From positions 1-36,272 of the IMG/VR virus record IMGVR_UViG_3300032258_000006: a stretch of 36,272 bases of DNA; one strand, given 5' to 3'. Below, one piece after another: positions 1 through 6,885 of the stretch (position 1 is its first letter; the number at the start of each line of letters is the position of its first letter). The position numbers were made by a program, and so were the translations under genes. The notes beneath the pieces were generated by a model that saw only the letters and a program-made list of their open reading frames with translations, was not told where the DNA came from and ran no database searches. The stretch comes from a virus. Its lineage: Duplodnaviria > Caudoviricetes.

Positions 1-132
1 AGCAGGTCAGAGACTACTTCAAGAGCAAGCAGAAAAAATAACGGTTGTAGGCTTTGCGCCAAAGTGACGCAATCACCGCAGATATTGCGGGTTATACGTC
101 ACTTTGGGGTATAACCATTGTTATGTGTCAGT
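1..132. repeat. Terminal direct repeat (copy 1; copy 2 at 36141-36272), indicating a circular/complete phage contig
   Basis: 1-126 identical to 36141-36266; one mismatch (g127 vs a36267), then tcagt matches. Confidence 0.95.
76..126 (+). other. attI-like array-terminal site A, ending in GTTATGT; overlaps a hairpin (ccaaagtgacg...cgtcactttgg) between convergent genes
   Basis: 35/51 identical by hand alignment to reverse complement of 28150-28200; both copies sit at the first position of an attC array on its top strand. Confidence 0.55.
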
Positions 133-325
133 AACAGCCTTGGGAATCAGCAAAGCTTTCGTTGATCAGCTTTTCCCTCTGATATTCAAGTTCGGCTTTT
201 ACTGCCTTCTCCATCGGGCTGCCTTTAGCTACCCTCTCTAGTGCCTTTTCACCATGATCGTCAACCATCGATTTGGCGAAAAAGCTTCTCGCCGGTGTGC
301 CTTTAAGCTTTACAGTTTTACCCAT
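128..325 (-). CDS. Cassette 1 hypothetical protein (65 aa)
   Basis: ATG at 325 with AGGAG RBS; stop abuts site A. Confidence 0.75.
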   Translation of the reverse strand: MGKTVKLKGTPARSFFAKSMVDDHGEKALERVAKGSPMEKAVKAELEYQREKLINESFADSQGCY

Positions 326-346
326 TAAAATCACTCCTAAGTTGCC

Positions 347-432
347 ACATAACAAAAGCCATAAAACTGGACTCTGTTACCTCGGCGTTTTTGTTAATAT
401 TTAAGTGTCGCCATTTATGGCAAATGTTAGCT
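347..432 (+). other. attC-like site
   Basis: ACATAAC...gccataaaactgg / ccatttatggc...GTTAGCT imperfect palindrome, extra bases on left arm. Confidence 0.75.
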
Positions 433-642
433 ATCTACTCGCTCAGCTAGGGCGTCTAGCGCTGGACCGTATTCAGGCCAATCGCTTTCTATTACAAGCG
501 CATCGATAGAGCTTTTTCCGTTATCCCTCCGGCCGTCATCAACAAGCTCACACAGCGCTGTAAGCGTTATCGTTTCATCTCCGTTCAAATACTGCTCAAC
601 ATCAGTTAGTTTTAGTACGATGTATCTGTTTTCGAGTTCCAT
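427..642 (-). CDS. Cassette 2 phage hypothetical protein (RYIVLK...ESDWPEY type)
   Basis: ATG 642 with GGAGG RBS; TAA stop is the complement of TTA in GTTAGCT. Confidence 0.8.
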   Translation of the reverse strand: MELENRYIVLKLTDVEQYLNGDETITLTALCELVDDGRRDNGKSSIDALVIESDWPEYGPALDALAERVDS

Positions 643-654
643 ACCAGCCTCCAC

Positions 655-743
655 AGCTAACAATTATTTTCAAATTGACGCCTTGCGCGTCCGTTCTTTG
701 CTTCATGCGCCGTTAGTGGCGCAACTTAAAATGGTAGTTATGT
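655..743 (+). other. attC-like site (family copy 1)
   Basis: AGCTAAC aatta ttt[C]aaattg[A]cgcc ... ggcg-caactt-aaa atggta GTTATGT. Confidence 0.88.
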
Positions 744-745
744 TG

Positions 746-976
746 CTACTCTTCCGTGCCGTGTATTGCATGAAAAGCAGCTTCTTCGTTTAGCTTTGCC
801 AGCTCTGGCGCAAGGGCGTTTATAGCTTCCAAAGCATGGCACTTCATTTTATGCTGTTCGTTGAAATACCTCATAGAAGTCAGCACCTCCAAGCATTCCT
901 GTAGCCTCTTATCAGTGAGGGGTGGTATTTCTGCTTTCGGTACATATTCAACATCCCCGATCATCACCTTTTCCAC
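746..976 (-). CDS. Cassette 3 hypothetical protein (KVMIGDVEYVP N-terminus)
   Basis: GTG start with AGGAGAG RBS; ORF fills the interval between attC sites. Confidence 0.8.
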   Translation of the reverse strand: MEKVMIGDVEYVPKAEIPPLTDKRLQECLEVLTSMRYFNEQHKMKCHALEAINALAPELAKLNEEAAFHAIHGTEE

Positions 977-999
977 TTCACTCTCCTATTTATCGTGCA

Positions 1000-1088
1000 A
1001 CATAACAATTATCTTCAAATTGACGCCTTACGCGTCCGTTCTTTGCTTCATGCACCATTAGTGGCGCAACTTAAAATGGTAGTTATGG
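1000..1088 (+). other. attC-like site (family copy 2)
   Basis: Near-identical to 655-743; ACATAAC...GTTATGG. Confidence 0.85.
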
Positions 1089-1499
1089 CGATATATCCCA
1101 CTTTGCCAATTCAATGGCTTTTCGGCGTGTTTCTAAATGAGCCTCACCAAATCCAGAGCATTTCTGCTGAAAGTAAGTTATATCTTCGCCTGCCTGCTGT
1201 ATCGCTATTAGGTAATACTGCTCTACCCATGAGTGATCTAAAACAAATCGGCCTTGCGCGGTTCCTCGCTCAAATACCTTATCTGGCTGTCTTGGGTCGA
1301 TTACTACCGTTTCAATCTCGAATCCGCGCTCTCTACACATGCTTTTAACGCGCTCAGCTTCCTTGCGATCTGCAAAACCTACTCGGTCGCCTTCTTTCAA
1401 TCCTTCAACCATTGATACAGTTCGCCCTGTCCTGCGAGCCGATTGAAAATATGTGTGTGACATGCCTTTCATTGCCTGGTAAATTCCAAAAATGTCCAT
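1083..1499 (-). CDS. Cassette 4 hypothetical protein with degenerate P-loop-like ARRTGRT motif
   Basis: ATG with GGAG RBS; stop embedded in the R' box. Confidence 0.8.
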   Translation of the reverse strand: MDIFGIYQAMKGMSHTYFQSARRTGRTVSMVEGLKEGDRVGFADRKEAERVKSMCRERGFEIETVVIDPRQPDKVFERGTAQGRFVLDHSWVEQYYLIAIQQAGEDITYFQQKCSGFGEAHLETRRKAIELAKWDISP

Positions 1500-1529
1500 C
1501 GTCGTGTCTCCAAAATCGTGTTAATCGCG

Positions 1530-1599
1530 CCATAACAAGCGCATACATCGGATAAACCTACGCTGCGCTACGGTTGACCGCTGATGCAGGTCGTTAGGC
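1530..1599 (+). other. attC-like site
   Basis: CCATAAC aagcg cat[A]catcgg[A]taaacc ... ggttga-ccgctg-atg caggtc GTTAGGC. Confidence 0.9.
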
Positions 1600-1809
1600 G
1601 TCAATCACTATGCTGGTCAGTATATAGTCACCTATTAGATTTCTAGTCTTTATAGACTCAGTGTCTAGCTCCTCCATTGCAAGACCGCGTAATTCATTCA
1701 GATTCACATCCTCACGAAAGTCTCGCAGCAATCTTCCGGTAATCGGCATCCCGCTACCGCCTTGATGATTGTCCCATTGCAGTGCTGTATAATTTATTTC
1801 TATAATCAT
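1594..1809 (-). CDS. Cassette 5 hypothetical protein (71 aa)
   Basis: ATG 1809 with GAGG RBS; stop in R' box. Confidence 0.7.
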   Translation of the reverse strand: MIIEINYTALQWDNHQGGSGMPITGRLLRDFREDVNLNELRGLAMEELDTESIKTRNLIGDYILTSIVIDA

Positions 1810-1844
1810 TCTAATAATCCTCAGTTTTAAGTGGCTCCGTTCAC

Positions 1845-1904
1845 GCCTAACAATTAAATCAAGGCGACACGGTAAAGCTGTGCGCCTTATTTGCGCAGTT
1901 ATGC
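1845..1904 (+). other. attC-like site, 60-nt '59-be' type
   Basis: GCCTAAC aatta aat[C]aaggcg[A]cac ... gtg-cgcctt-att tgcgca GTTATGC. Confidence 0.92.
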
Positions 1905-2165
1905 TGCCTTGTTGCCAGTTCCAGGTGTAATTGACCACCACTCAATAACCTCATCACCCTCGTACTGTAATAGCTCAATCATTGAGTCCTCGCTAATCCA
2001 TTTATTATCCCTGTCAACGTAGGCTAAGAGGTTGATGATTTGCCCATCACCCATGCAGTTATCTTTATAACGGATAGCCACTATTTCGTTGGCAGCAGGC
2101 ATAACAAGCCGTTCGTTTTGACCATCAACCGCGTGGTCTTGTTTGTTTTTATTTTGCTCTGGCAT
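1899..2165 (-). CDS. Cassette 6 hypothetical protein; N-terminus encoded inside the attC
   Basis: ATG 2165 with purine-rich RBS inside site 2099-2225; alternative ATG in the R'' box. Confidence 0.7.
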   Translation of the reverse strand: MPEQNKNKQDHAVDGQNERLVMPAANEIVAIRYKDNCMGDGQIINLLAYVDRDNKWISEDSMIELLQYEGDEVIEWWSITPGTGNKAA

Positions 2166-2225
2166 TTCACCTACCCTCTTAAATTCATCTCTCGGTTGCT
2201 GGCAACACAACATAAAATGTTAGGC
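2099..2225 (+). other. Long attC-like site (127 nt) containing antisense RBS and ATG
   Basis: GCATAAC aagcc gtt[C]gttttg[A]ccatcaaccg ... cggttgctgg-caacac-aac ataaaat GTTAGGC. Confidence 0.85.
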
Positions 2226-2226
2226 G

Positions 2227-2502
2227 TCAATCTAAAAGGTCTTCGCTAGTTGCGCTTGAATATAGTGGGGTATACGTACCTCTACAAAAATAATTCTCAT
2301 CGCAAGAAGGGCAGCATACCTCTTCCATTTCTTCTTTGGGCGCAATAGCAAACAGATCATTGTTACTATCAATCATCTCATCATCGGTCATGGTGTAGTC
2401 ACATCGGGGGCATGTTGGCTTGCAGTCATCACGCCTAACAATCTCATTGTTCTGACCCGCTACCGCATCAGTCTTTGATGTTTCAGCTTGTTCGTTGCTC
2501 AT
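2227..2502 (-). CDS. Cassette 7 putative zinc-ribbon protein (CPRC...CPSC); N-terminus encoded inside the attC
   Basis: Two CxxC motifs; ATG 2502 with AAGGA RBS inside site 2433-2561. Confidence 0.75.
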   Translation of the reverse strand: MSNEQAETSKTDAVAGQNNEIVRRDDCKPTCPRCDYTMTDDEMIDSNNDLFAIAPKEEMEEVCCPSCDENYFCRGTYTPLYSSATSEDLLD

Positions 2503-2561
2503 CGTTTCAATCCTTAATTTGGTGCATTTTGTCGCAGGCAGCACATGCTAGTCAGTTATGC
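2433..2561 (+). other. Long attC-like site (129 nt) containing antisense RBS and ATG
   Basis: GCCTAAC aatct cat[T]gttctg[A]cccgctac ... gtcgcagg-cagcac-atg ctagtca GTTATGC. Confidence 0.85.
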
Positions 2562-2563
2562 GG

Positions 2564-2770
2564 CTACTCGTAGCCTGCGTATTCTAGGTAATCACAAAAC
2601 GATGTGCGTTGTGCAAATCGCGTCTTGTATTTCTCATTAAACTCCTTAACGGCTAATTTCATGCGCCCTTCAAAGGCTGCTAGGGTTTCACAGCACCCTT
2701 GGTTGTCATGCTCTTTTAGCCATCCCATCAGCTTCAGTTTCATCTCGCTTTTTTTCATCGTGATCTCCAT
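2564..2770 (-). CDS. Cassette 8 hypothetical protein
   Basis: ORF fills the interval between two attC sites; start may be a downstream Met after GGAG. Confidence 0.7.
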   Translation of the reverse strand: MEITMKKSEMKLKLMGWLKEHDNQGCCETLAAFEGRMKLAVKEFNEKYKTRFAQRTSFCDYLEYAGYE

Positions 2771-2777
2771 ACGCGCC

Positions 2778-2865
2778 GTATAACAAATATTTTCAAATTG
2801 ACGCTTTCCGCGCCACTCGTTACTTCATGCGCCGTTAGTGGCGCAACTTAAAATGGTAGTTATGT
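2778..2865 (+). other. attC-like site (family copy 3)
   Basis: GTATAAC aaata ttt[C]aaattg[A]cgc ... gcg-caactt-aaa atggta GTTATGT; right half identical to 655-743. Confidence 0.87.
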
Positions 2866-3135
2866 TGCCTTTAATCTTTCTAGATCAATAAAAACAGCCA
2901 GTCTTTTGTAGCCATTCGGCTCAACCGATCTAATTGTCTTTTTTACTCCTGAGATTATTGTTAACTTTTTTAGTTCAACGCAGTCAAAGCATGGAGTATC
3001 AACTTCAACATTAAAAAATATTTTAGTTTGATGCACCTGTAAGCCGCCAAAATAAGGGCAACAATTAAGTAAAAGTCCTGTATGCTTTTTAATAAAAGAC
3101 AACGCTAAGTCTATAATTTCGTTCTCGTGCATCAA
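2860..3135 (-). CDS. Cassette 9 hypothetical protein, AT-rich
   Basis: GAGG RBS; stop in R' box of 2778-2865. Confidence 0.7.
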   Translation of the reverse strand: MMHENEIIDLALSFIKKHTGLLLNCCPYFGGLQVHQTKIFFNVEVDTPCFDCVELKKLTIISGVKKTIRSVEPNGYKRLAVFIDLERLKAT

Positions 3136-3157
3136 TCTTTCCTCTTGTGTAAGTGCA

Positions 3158-3177
3158 ACATAACATAAGTGTTATCT
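3158..3177. other. Collapsed att-like core ACATAAC-6nt-GTTATCT
   Basis: R''- and R'-like heptamers 6 nt apart, exactly between cassette 9 and the initiator stop codon. Confidence 0.45.
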
Positions 3178-3179
3178 GG

Positions 3180-3941
3180 TCAATCAAGATCAGGTTTCCA
3201 TGGTTTGTGTGATTGCGCTCCGGTAGATTTAACACCATCACTCGACTTAGCAAGGCCTCCCGCCATCCACTCAGCCTTGAAACCCACCCAGGAGCGTTCG
3301 GCAGCCTCGCCAATGCAGTCATCCACACTCAAGCCCTGTTTAGCAGCTAAATGTAATTGCTTGCCTATCCCGTTGATTGCGGTTTGCGTGTTGCTGGCTT
3401 TCTTTTTTCTCCTAACCTCCATCCAGTCAGCCATGATTTGATCATCTGGCAATGATGGCCATCCAGAATAATCGAGATTTTTATAATTCTTAGGCTTAGC
3501 TTTAGCCTTGGGCTTGGGCTCGATATTTACATTATTTACATTATTTACATTATTTACATTCTTATCTGTTGCGATTTCGCTGTCATCCTGCTGCGATTTC
3601 GCTGTCACTTGCTTGTCATCTTGCTTGTCACTGTCTTGCCATGAATTGTACTTAATCACCGCTACGATGCGGCTTTTAGCCTGCGATTTGCTTGTTATGT
3701 CGCCTGTTGAAATGAGTTTCTTTATTGAGGTTCTTAGCTGGCTTATAGTTAAGCCGGTTTCTTTTGATAATGAATCAAGAGAAGTAAGTAACGATCCTCG
3801 GTTGATTTCAATTCCACGCCATTTACTATCAGAGTGGTTAGCTCTAAGTAAAAAATGAACAAACAGGCGGCAAGTGTTTTGGTCGCTGTACCACTCCCAG
3901 CCCAATAGCTCACGATGAAGTTTTATCCACCCATGCGCCAC
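3180..3941 (-). CDS. Phage replication initiator (lambda O-like / replisome organizer)
   Basis: GWIKLHR N-terminus, wHTH-like segment, repeat-rich linker, C-terminal W.GF..EW motif; follows Cro-like gene. Confidence 0.85.
   Translation of the reverse strand: MAHGWIKLHRELLGWEWYSDQNTCRLFVHFLLRANHSDSKWRGIEINRGSLLTSLDSLSKETGLTISQLRTSIKKLISTGDITSKSQAKSRIVAVIKYNSWQDSDKQDDKQVTAKSQQDDSEIATDKNVNNVNNVNNVNIEPKPKAKAKPKNYKNLDYSGWPSLPDDQIMADWMEVRRKKKASNTQTAINGIGKQLHLAAKQGLSVDDCIGEAAERSWVGFKAEWMAGGLAKSSDGVKSTGAQSHKPWKPDLD
3525..3697. repeat. Putative replication origin inside the initiator gene
   Basis: (atttacatt)x4 at 3525-3560 next to iteron-like tgcgatttcgctgtca at 3570 and 3592, cttgcttgtca x2, and tgcgatttgcttgtta at 3682. 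Confidence 0.6.
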
Positions 3942-3943
3942 GT

Positions 3944-4165
3944 TTAACCCTTTTCGCCTTTGCGAATAAAATCAGCGGCGCTTATTCCAAAGTACTCTGA
4001 AAGCATTTCTATGTTTTTACCACTCATCACTGTGGACCTGCGCAATGTGCTTACCGTTGTTGCTGATATATTGAGATGCTCACCAAGCTCGCCGGCCGGA
4101 ATATCTCGATCTGTCATTAATAACCTTAGGGACCGTCCACAGTCCATTGTTGGTATGCTCATCAA
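3944..4165 (-). CDS. XRE/Cro-like HTH regulator
   Basis: Small HTH pattern (ELGEHLNISATTVSTLRR...LSEYFGIS) at the head of the replication operon. Confidence 0.8.
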   Translation of the reverse strand: MMSIPTMDCGRSLRLLMTDRDIPAGELGEHLNISATTVSTLRRSTVMSGKNIEMLSEYFGISAADFIRKGEKG

Positions 4166-4195
4166 TATTCACTCCGCATTTTAATTTCTAAACAA

Positions 4196-4224
4196 ACTAT
4201 AGCCCACCACGTGAAATAAATCAA
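4196..4224 (-). promoter_or_regulatory. Leftward sigma70 promoter for cro-initiator-cassette array
   Basis: TTGATT-17 nt-TATAGT on the minus strand. Confidence 0.7.
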
Positions 4225-4232
4225 AGTAATTA

Positions 4233-4260
4233 TTGCAATATTTCAACTTACTGCTAGTAT
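4233..4260 (+). promoter_or_regulatory. Rightward sigma70 promoter for recombination operon
   Basis: TTGCAA-16 nt-TAGTAT with TGn extension. Confidence 0.45.
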
Positions 4261-4296
4261 TATTCACATCAAGACAGCAGCGATGGAGATAAGCAA

Positions 4297-4467
4297 ATGA
4301 ATTTTATATTCCAGTTAGGCGGCCCATTTAATAAGAAGAGCTATAAGCCCTCAACAGAAGAGGTGAGAGTAGCACAGGAAAAAACGCGGAATACAGGAAG
4401 GCTTCGCAGGTATAAGCTCAGAATGATGCGGTACCTACTTCCTATCATGCTGACTAAGCAGGCATGA
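4297..4467 (+). CDS. Small basic hypothetical protein (56 aa, not in ORF track)
   Basis: GGAG RBS, ATG 4297, stop overlaps next ATG (ATGA). Confidence 0.6.
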   Translation: MNFIFQLGGPFNKKSYKPSTEEVRVAQEKTRNTGRLRRYKLRMMRYLLPIMLTKQA

Positions 4468-4709
4468 ATATTCAATTTGACGCTGACATACCAAGAAATG
4501 GAATTAACTTCTCAGGTCGATGTGATAACTACATCATCATGGTTAACGTAGAAGTTCGCGTTGACTATGAGCCAGACGACCCAAAATTAATTATGGCGAT
4601 ACACTGCCATGACAAGTACAACGGAAAAATGATCTACACAGCAAAGCATGAAGATGACCAGCTTGAAATGCTGGCACTGGAACACATTAAAAAAAGGATA
4701 GTGGCATGA
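4464..4709 (+). CDS. Hypothetical protein
   Basis: ATGA coupling at both ends. Confidence 0.7.
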   Translation: MNIQFDADIPRNGINFSGRCDNYIIMVNVEVRVDYEPDDPKLIMAIHCHDKYNGKMIYTAKHEDDQLEMLALEHIKKRIVA

Positions 4710-5650
4710 GTAACGAAGTTGCAAGTCATAAAAATATAGAAGTAAAGCTTCAACGACCATTCGAGGCTGATGATATTAAATGGAGAGTCCAACGGGCTGG
4801 CATCTCATCTAACGGCCATCCGTATGTTATGACTATTCCCTATGTAAGTAACCGTGCCATACAAAAACGCCTTGATGAGGCTCTTGGCGTGTTTGGGTGG
4901 GAAAACGCATACAAGCCAACGCCAGACGGCAAGGGCTATCTGTGCGGAATAACTATTCACCTAGAAAATAAGACGGTCACTAAATGGGATGGTGCTGAAT
5001 ACACCAGCATCGAGCCGCTTAAGGGTGCGCTATCTGACTCGATGAAGCGAACAGCTGTCCAGCTTGGTATTGGTCGTTACCTTTATTTGCTAGAAATTGC
5101 TTTTACTGAGTGCATGATAGTCGGCACTAGAAAGGAAGCGGTTAATCTTCATGTTCATTACCCAGACAAAAACAATAAATCTATTCAGACGCTTATAAGC
5201 TGGGCAAATCCAAGCCTACCGGCATGGGCTCTACCGTTTGACGACTATCAACCATTTATTGAAAAGATAAAATCAGCTCAAGATATGACAGCGCTAAAGA
5301 ATGCATTCACGGAAGCATACAGAGCCTCAGAGTCATCTAAAAACAATGAATTCCAGAACGTAGCGATAGCCGCAAAGGATGCGAGAAAAAGAGAAATATT
5401 AGCATCAATAGATGATATCAATGCCGCCAAACTTGGGGAAATAGATAATTGGCTTGAAAACGAAATGGAAACGTTCTCTCAGCTCCCAAGCGAGGCAACA
5501 GTGAATAACTACAGAAGAATAATCACAGAAAACCTATCCAATAGAATATCTGAGTGTGAATTCGACTGCTCATCATTAACAAACAAGCTCGATAAACGAT
5601 ATGAAGAGCGTATTAACGAATTATCAAAGGGGAATACAGATGCCAAATGA
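4706..5650 (+). CDS. Rad52/Rad22-family (Sak-like) single-strand annealing protein
   Basis: LQRPF...WR, RAIQKRLDEALG...W, KGALSDSMKRTAVQLGIGRYLY motifs. Confidence 0.9.
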   Translation: MSNEVASHKNIEVKLQRPFEADDIKWRVQRAGISSNGHPYVMTIPYVSNRAIQKRLDEALGVFGWENAYKPTPDGKGYLCGITIHLENKTVTKWDGAEYTSIEPLKGALSDSMKRTAVQLGIGRYLYLLEIAFTECMIVGTRKEAVNLHVHYPDKNNKSIQTLISWANPSLPAWALPFDDYQPFIEKIKSAQDMTALKNAFTEAYRASESSKNNEFQNVAIAAKDARKREILASIDDINAAKLGEIDNWLENEMETFSQLPSEATVNNYRRIITENLSNRISECEFDCSSLTNKLDKRYEERINELSKGNTDAK

Positions 5651-6836
5651 AAACAAAGAAATCTCAACCATTGAGCAGGCCGTTGCTTTAACCGGTAGAA
5701 AGTCTATTGAGTTTTTCAGCGACAAAAGCAATGTCCAACCGCTAATTGACAAGGTAGTGAATGACGCTTTAAGCCTAGTACCTGTGGTAGACACAAAAAA
5801 GGGGCGTGATGCAATAGGGTCAACCGCTTTAAATGTATCAAAATCAAGGGGTCTTATCGAGGATGCAATTGATAATGCGTCTGCTGATTTAAAAGCAAAA
5901 CTCTCATCAATAAAGGATGTGAAAGACCACGTAATAACCAGTCTAAACCAAGCAAGAAAGGACGTTCTAGCCCCTCGTGATGAGTGGAACGCAGAGCAAA
6001 AGCGCAAGGAGGATATACGAATAGAAGCAATCAAGGAAAAGATTGCTGGTATAGCAACCATTGGTGATTTTGCGGAAGATGACACCACAGAGACCATATC
6101 CAATAAAATTGATGCGTTGGAAAATATAGATATCACTATTGGGTTTGATGAATTCACCGCAGGTGCAGCAAAGGCAATCCAGGAAGCAACCGGCAAGCTG
6201 CATGAAAGAATAGTGAAAATTGCTAACGACAAGAAGGCTGAAGAGCAGCGCGTTCAACTTGAAGCTGAAAAGAAAAAGAACCTCATTCAAGAGCGGTTAT
6301 CTAACCTTACACAGATACCCCTATCATTGATGGGCAAAAGCTCCAGTGAAATCAAAAGACGACTGGACGCGGTTGGTAAAAGTGAAATAACAGATGATGA
6401 GTTTGATGAAAGATCTGATGAAGCAAGAGAGATTAGAACCAATGTTCTCCAACAGCTGGAATTTCTTCAAAACCAAGCATTATCAACTGAAGCCACTGAA
6501 AAGGCGAAAGCTGAAGAGGTAATTCAACCACCATCAGAAGCGGAAAAAGTTATCAATGATGCTGTTCAGCTGGGCACCGGTGTAATGATGGATGGTAAGC
6601 GCGTTAATCCTGCTGATATTCAAATTGAAGTGGAAAGCCATCCACTAATAACAGGCAACGCAAAACCAGCAACAGAAGAGCACTCAGGCATTAAAGCGGC
6701 AAGAGATGCGGCATTTGAGGCGTTTGCACTGGCCGAGGAAAAATGGAACGACTACACCCAAGCCCTTCCAGATGGCGACGAGAAAACAAGAGCCCTTGCC
6801 ATCTATGAAAATATTCTGCTAGTTACTCGAGTATAA
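5640..6836 (+). CDS. Phage coiled-coil protein of recombination operon
   Basis: TKKGRDAI.S.A..V.KS motif common in phage early regions; helical, charged; start trimmed to ATG 5640. Confidence 0.65.
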   Translation: MPNENKEISTIEQAVALTGRKSIEFFSDKSNVQPLIDKVVNDALSLVPVVDTKKGRDAIGSTALNVSKSRGLIEDAIDNASADLKAKLSSIKDVKDHVITSLNQARKDVLAPRDEWNAEQKRKEDIRIEAIKEKIAGIATIGDFAEDDTTETISNKIDALENIDITIGFDEFTAGAAKAIQEATGKLHERIVKIANDKKAEEQRVQLEAEKKKNLIQERLSNLTQIPLSLMGKSSSEIKRRLDAVGKSEITDDEFDERSDEAREIRTNVLQQLEFLQNQALSTEATEKAKAEEVIQPPSEAEKVINDAVQLGTGVMMDGKRVNPADIQIEVESHPLITGNAKPATEEHSGIKAARDAAFEAFALAEEKWNDYTQALPDGDEKTRALAIYENILLVTRV

Positions 6837-6885
6837 TAATTAATCACGCGGTGTAACAGCCGCAACACCAAAACAGGAGAGCAAC

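Noticed and set aside
861-2249. Plus-strand ORFs (861-1061, 995-1348, 2040-2249) as the true cassette genes
   Set aside because: They cross att sites and lack clear RBSs, whereas the minus-strand ORFs have RBSs and fit the intervals exactly.
347-2865. CRISPR array interpretation of the repeats
   Set aside because: Repeats are 60-129 nt, diverse and separated by whole genes; no cas genes.
347-2865. Repeats as simple intrinsic terminators or REP elements
   Set aside because: No U-tracts; conserved TAAC/GTTA ends, box spacing and unpaired bases fit attC instead.
5624-6232. Long antisense ORFs here and across structural genes
   Set aside because: Shadow frames of well-supported genes on the opposite strand.
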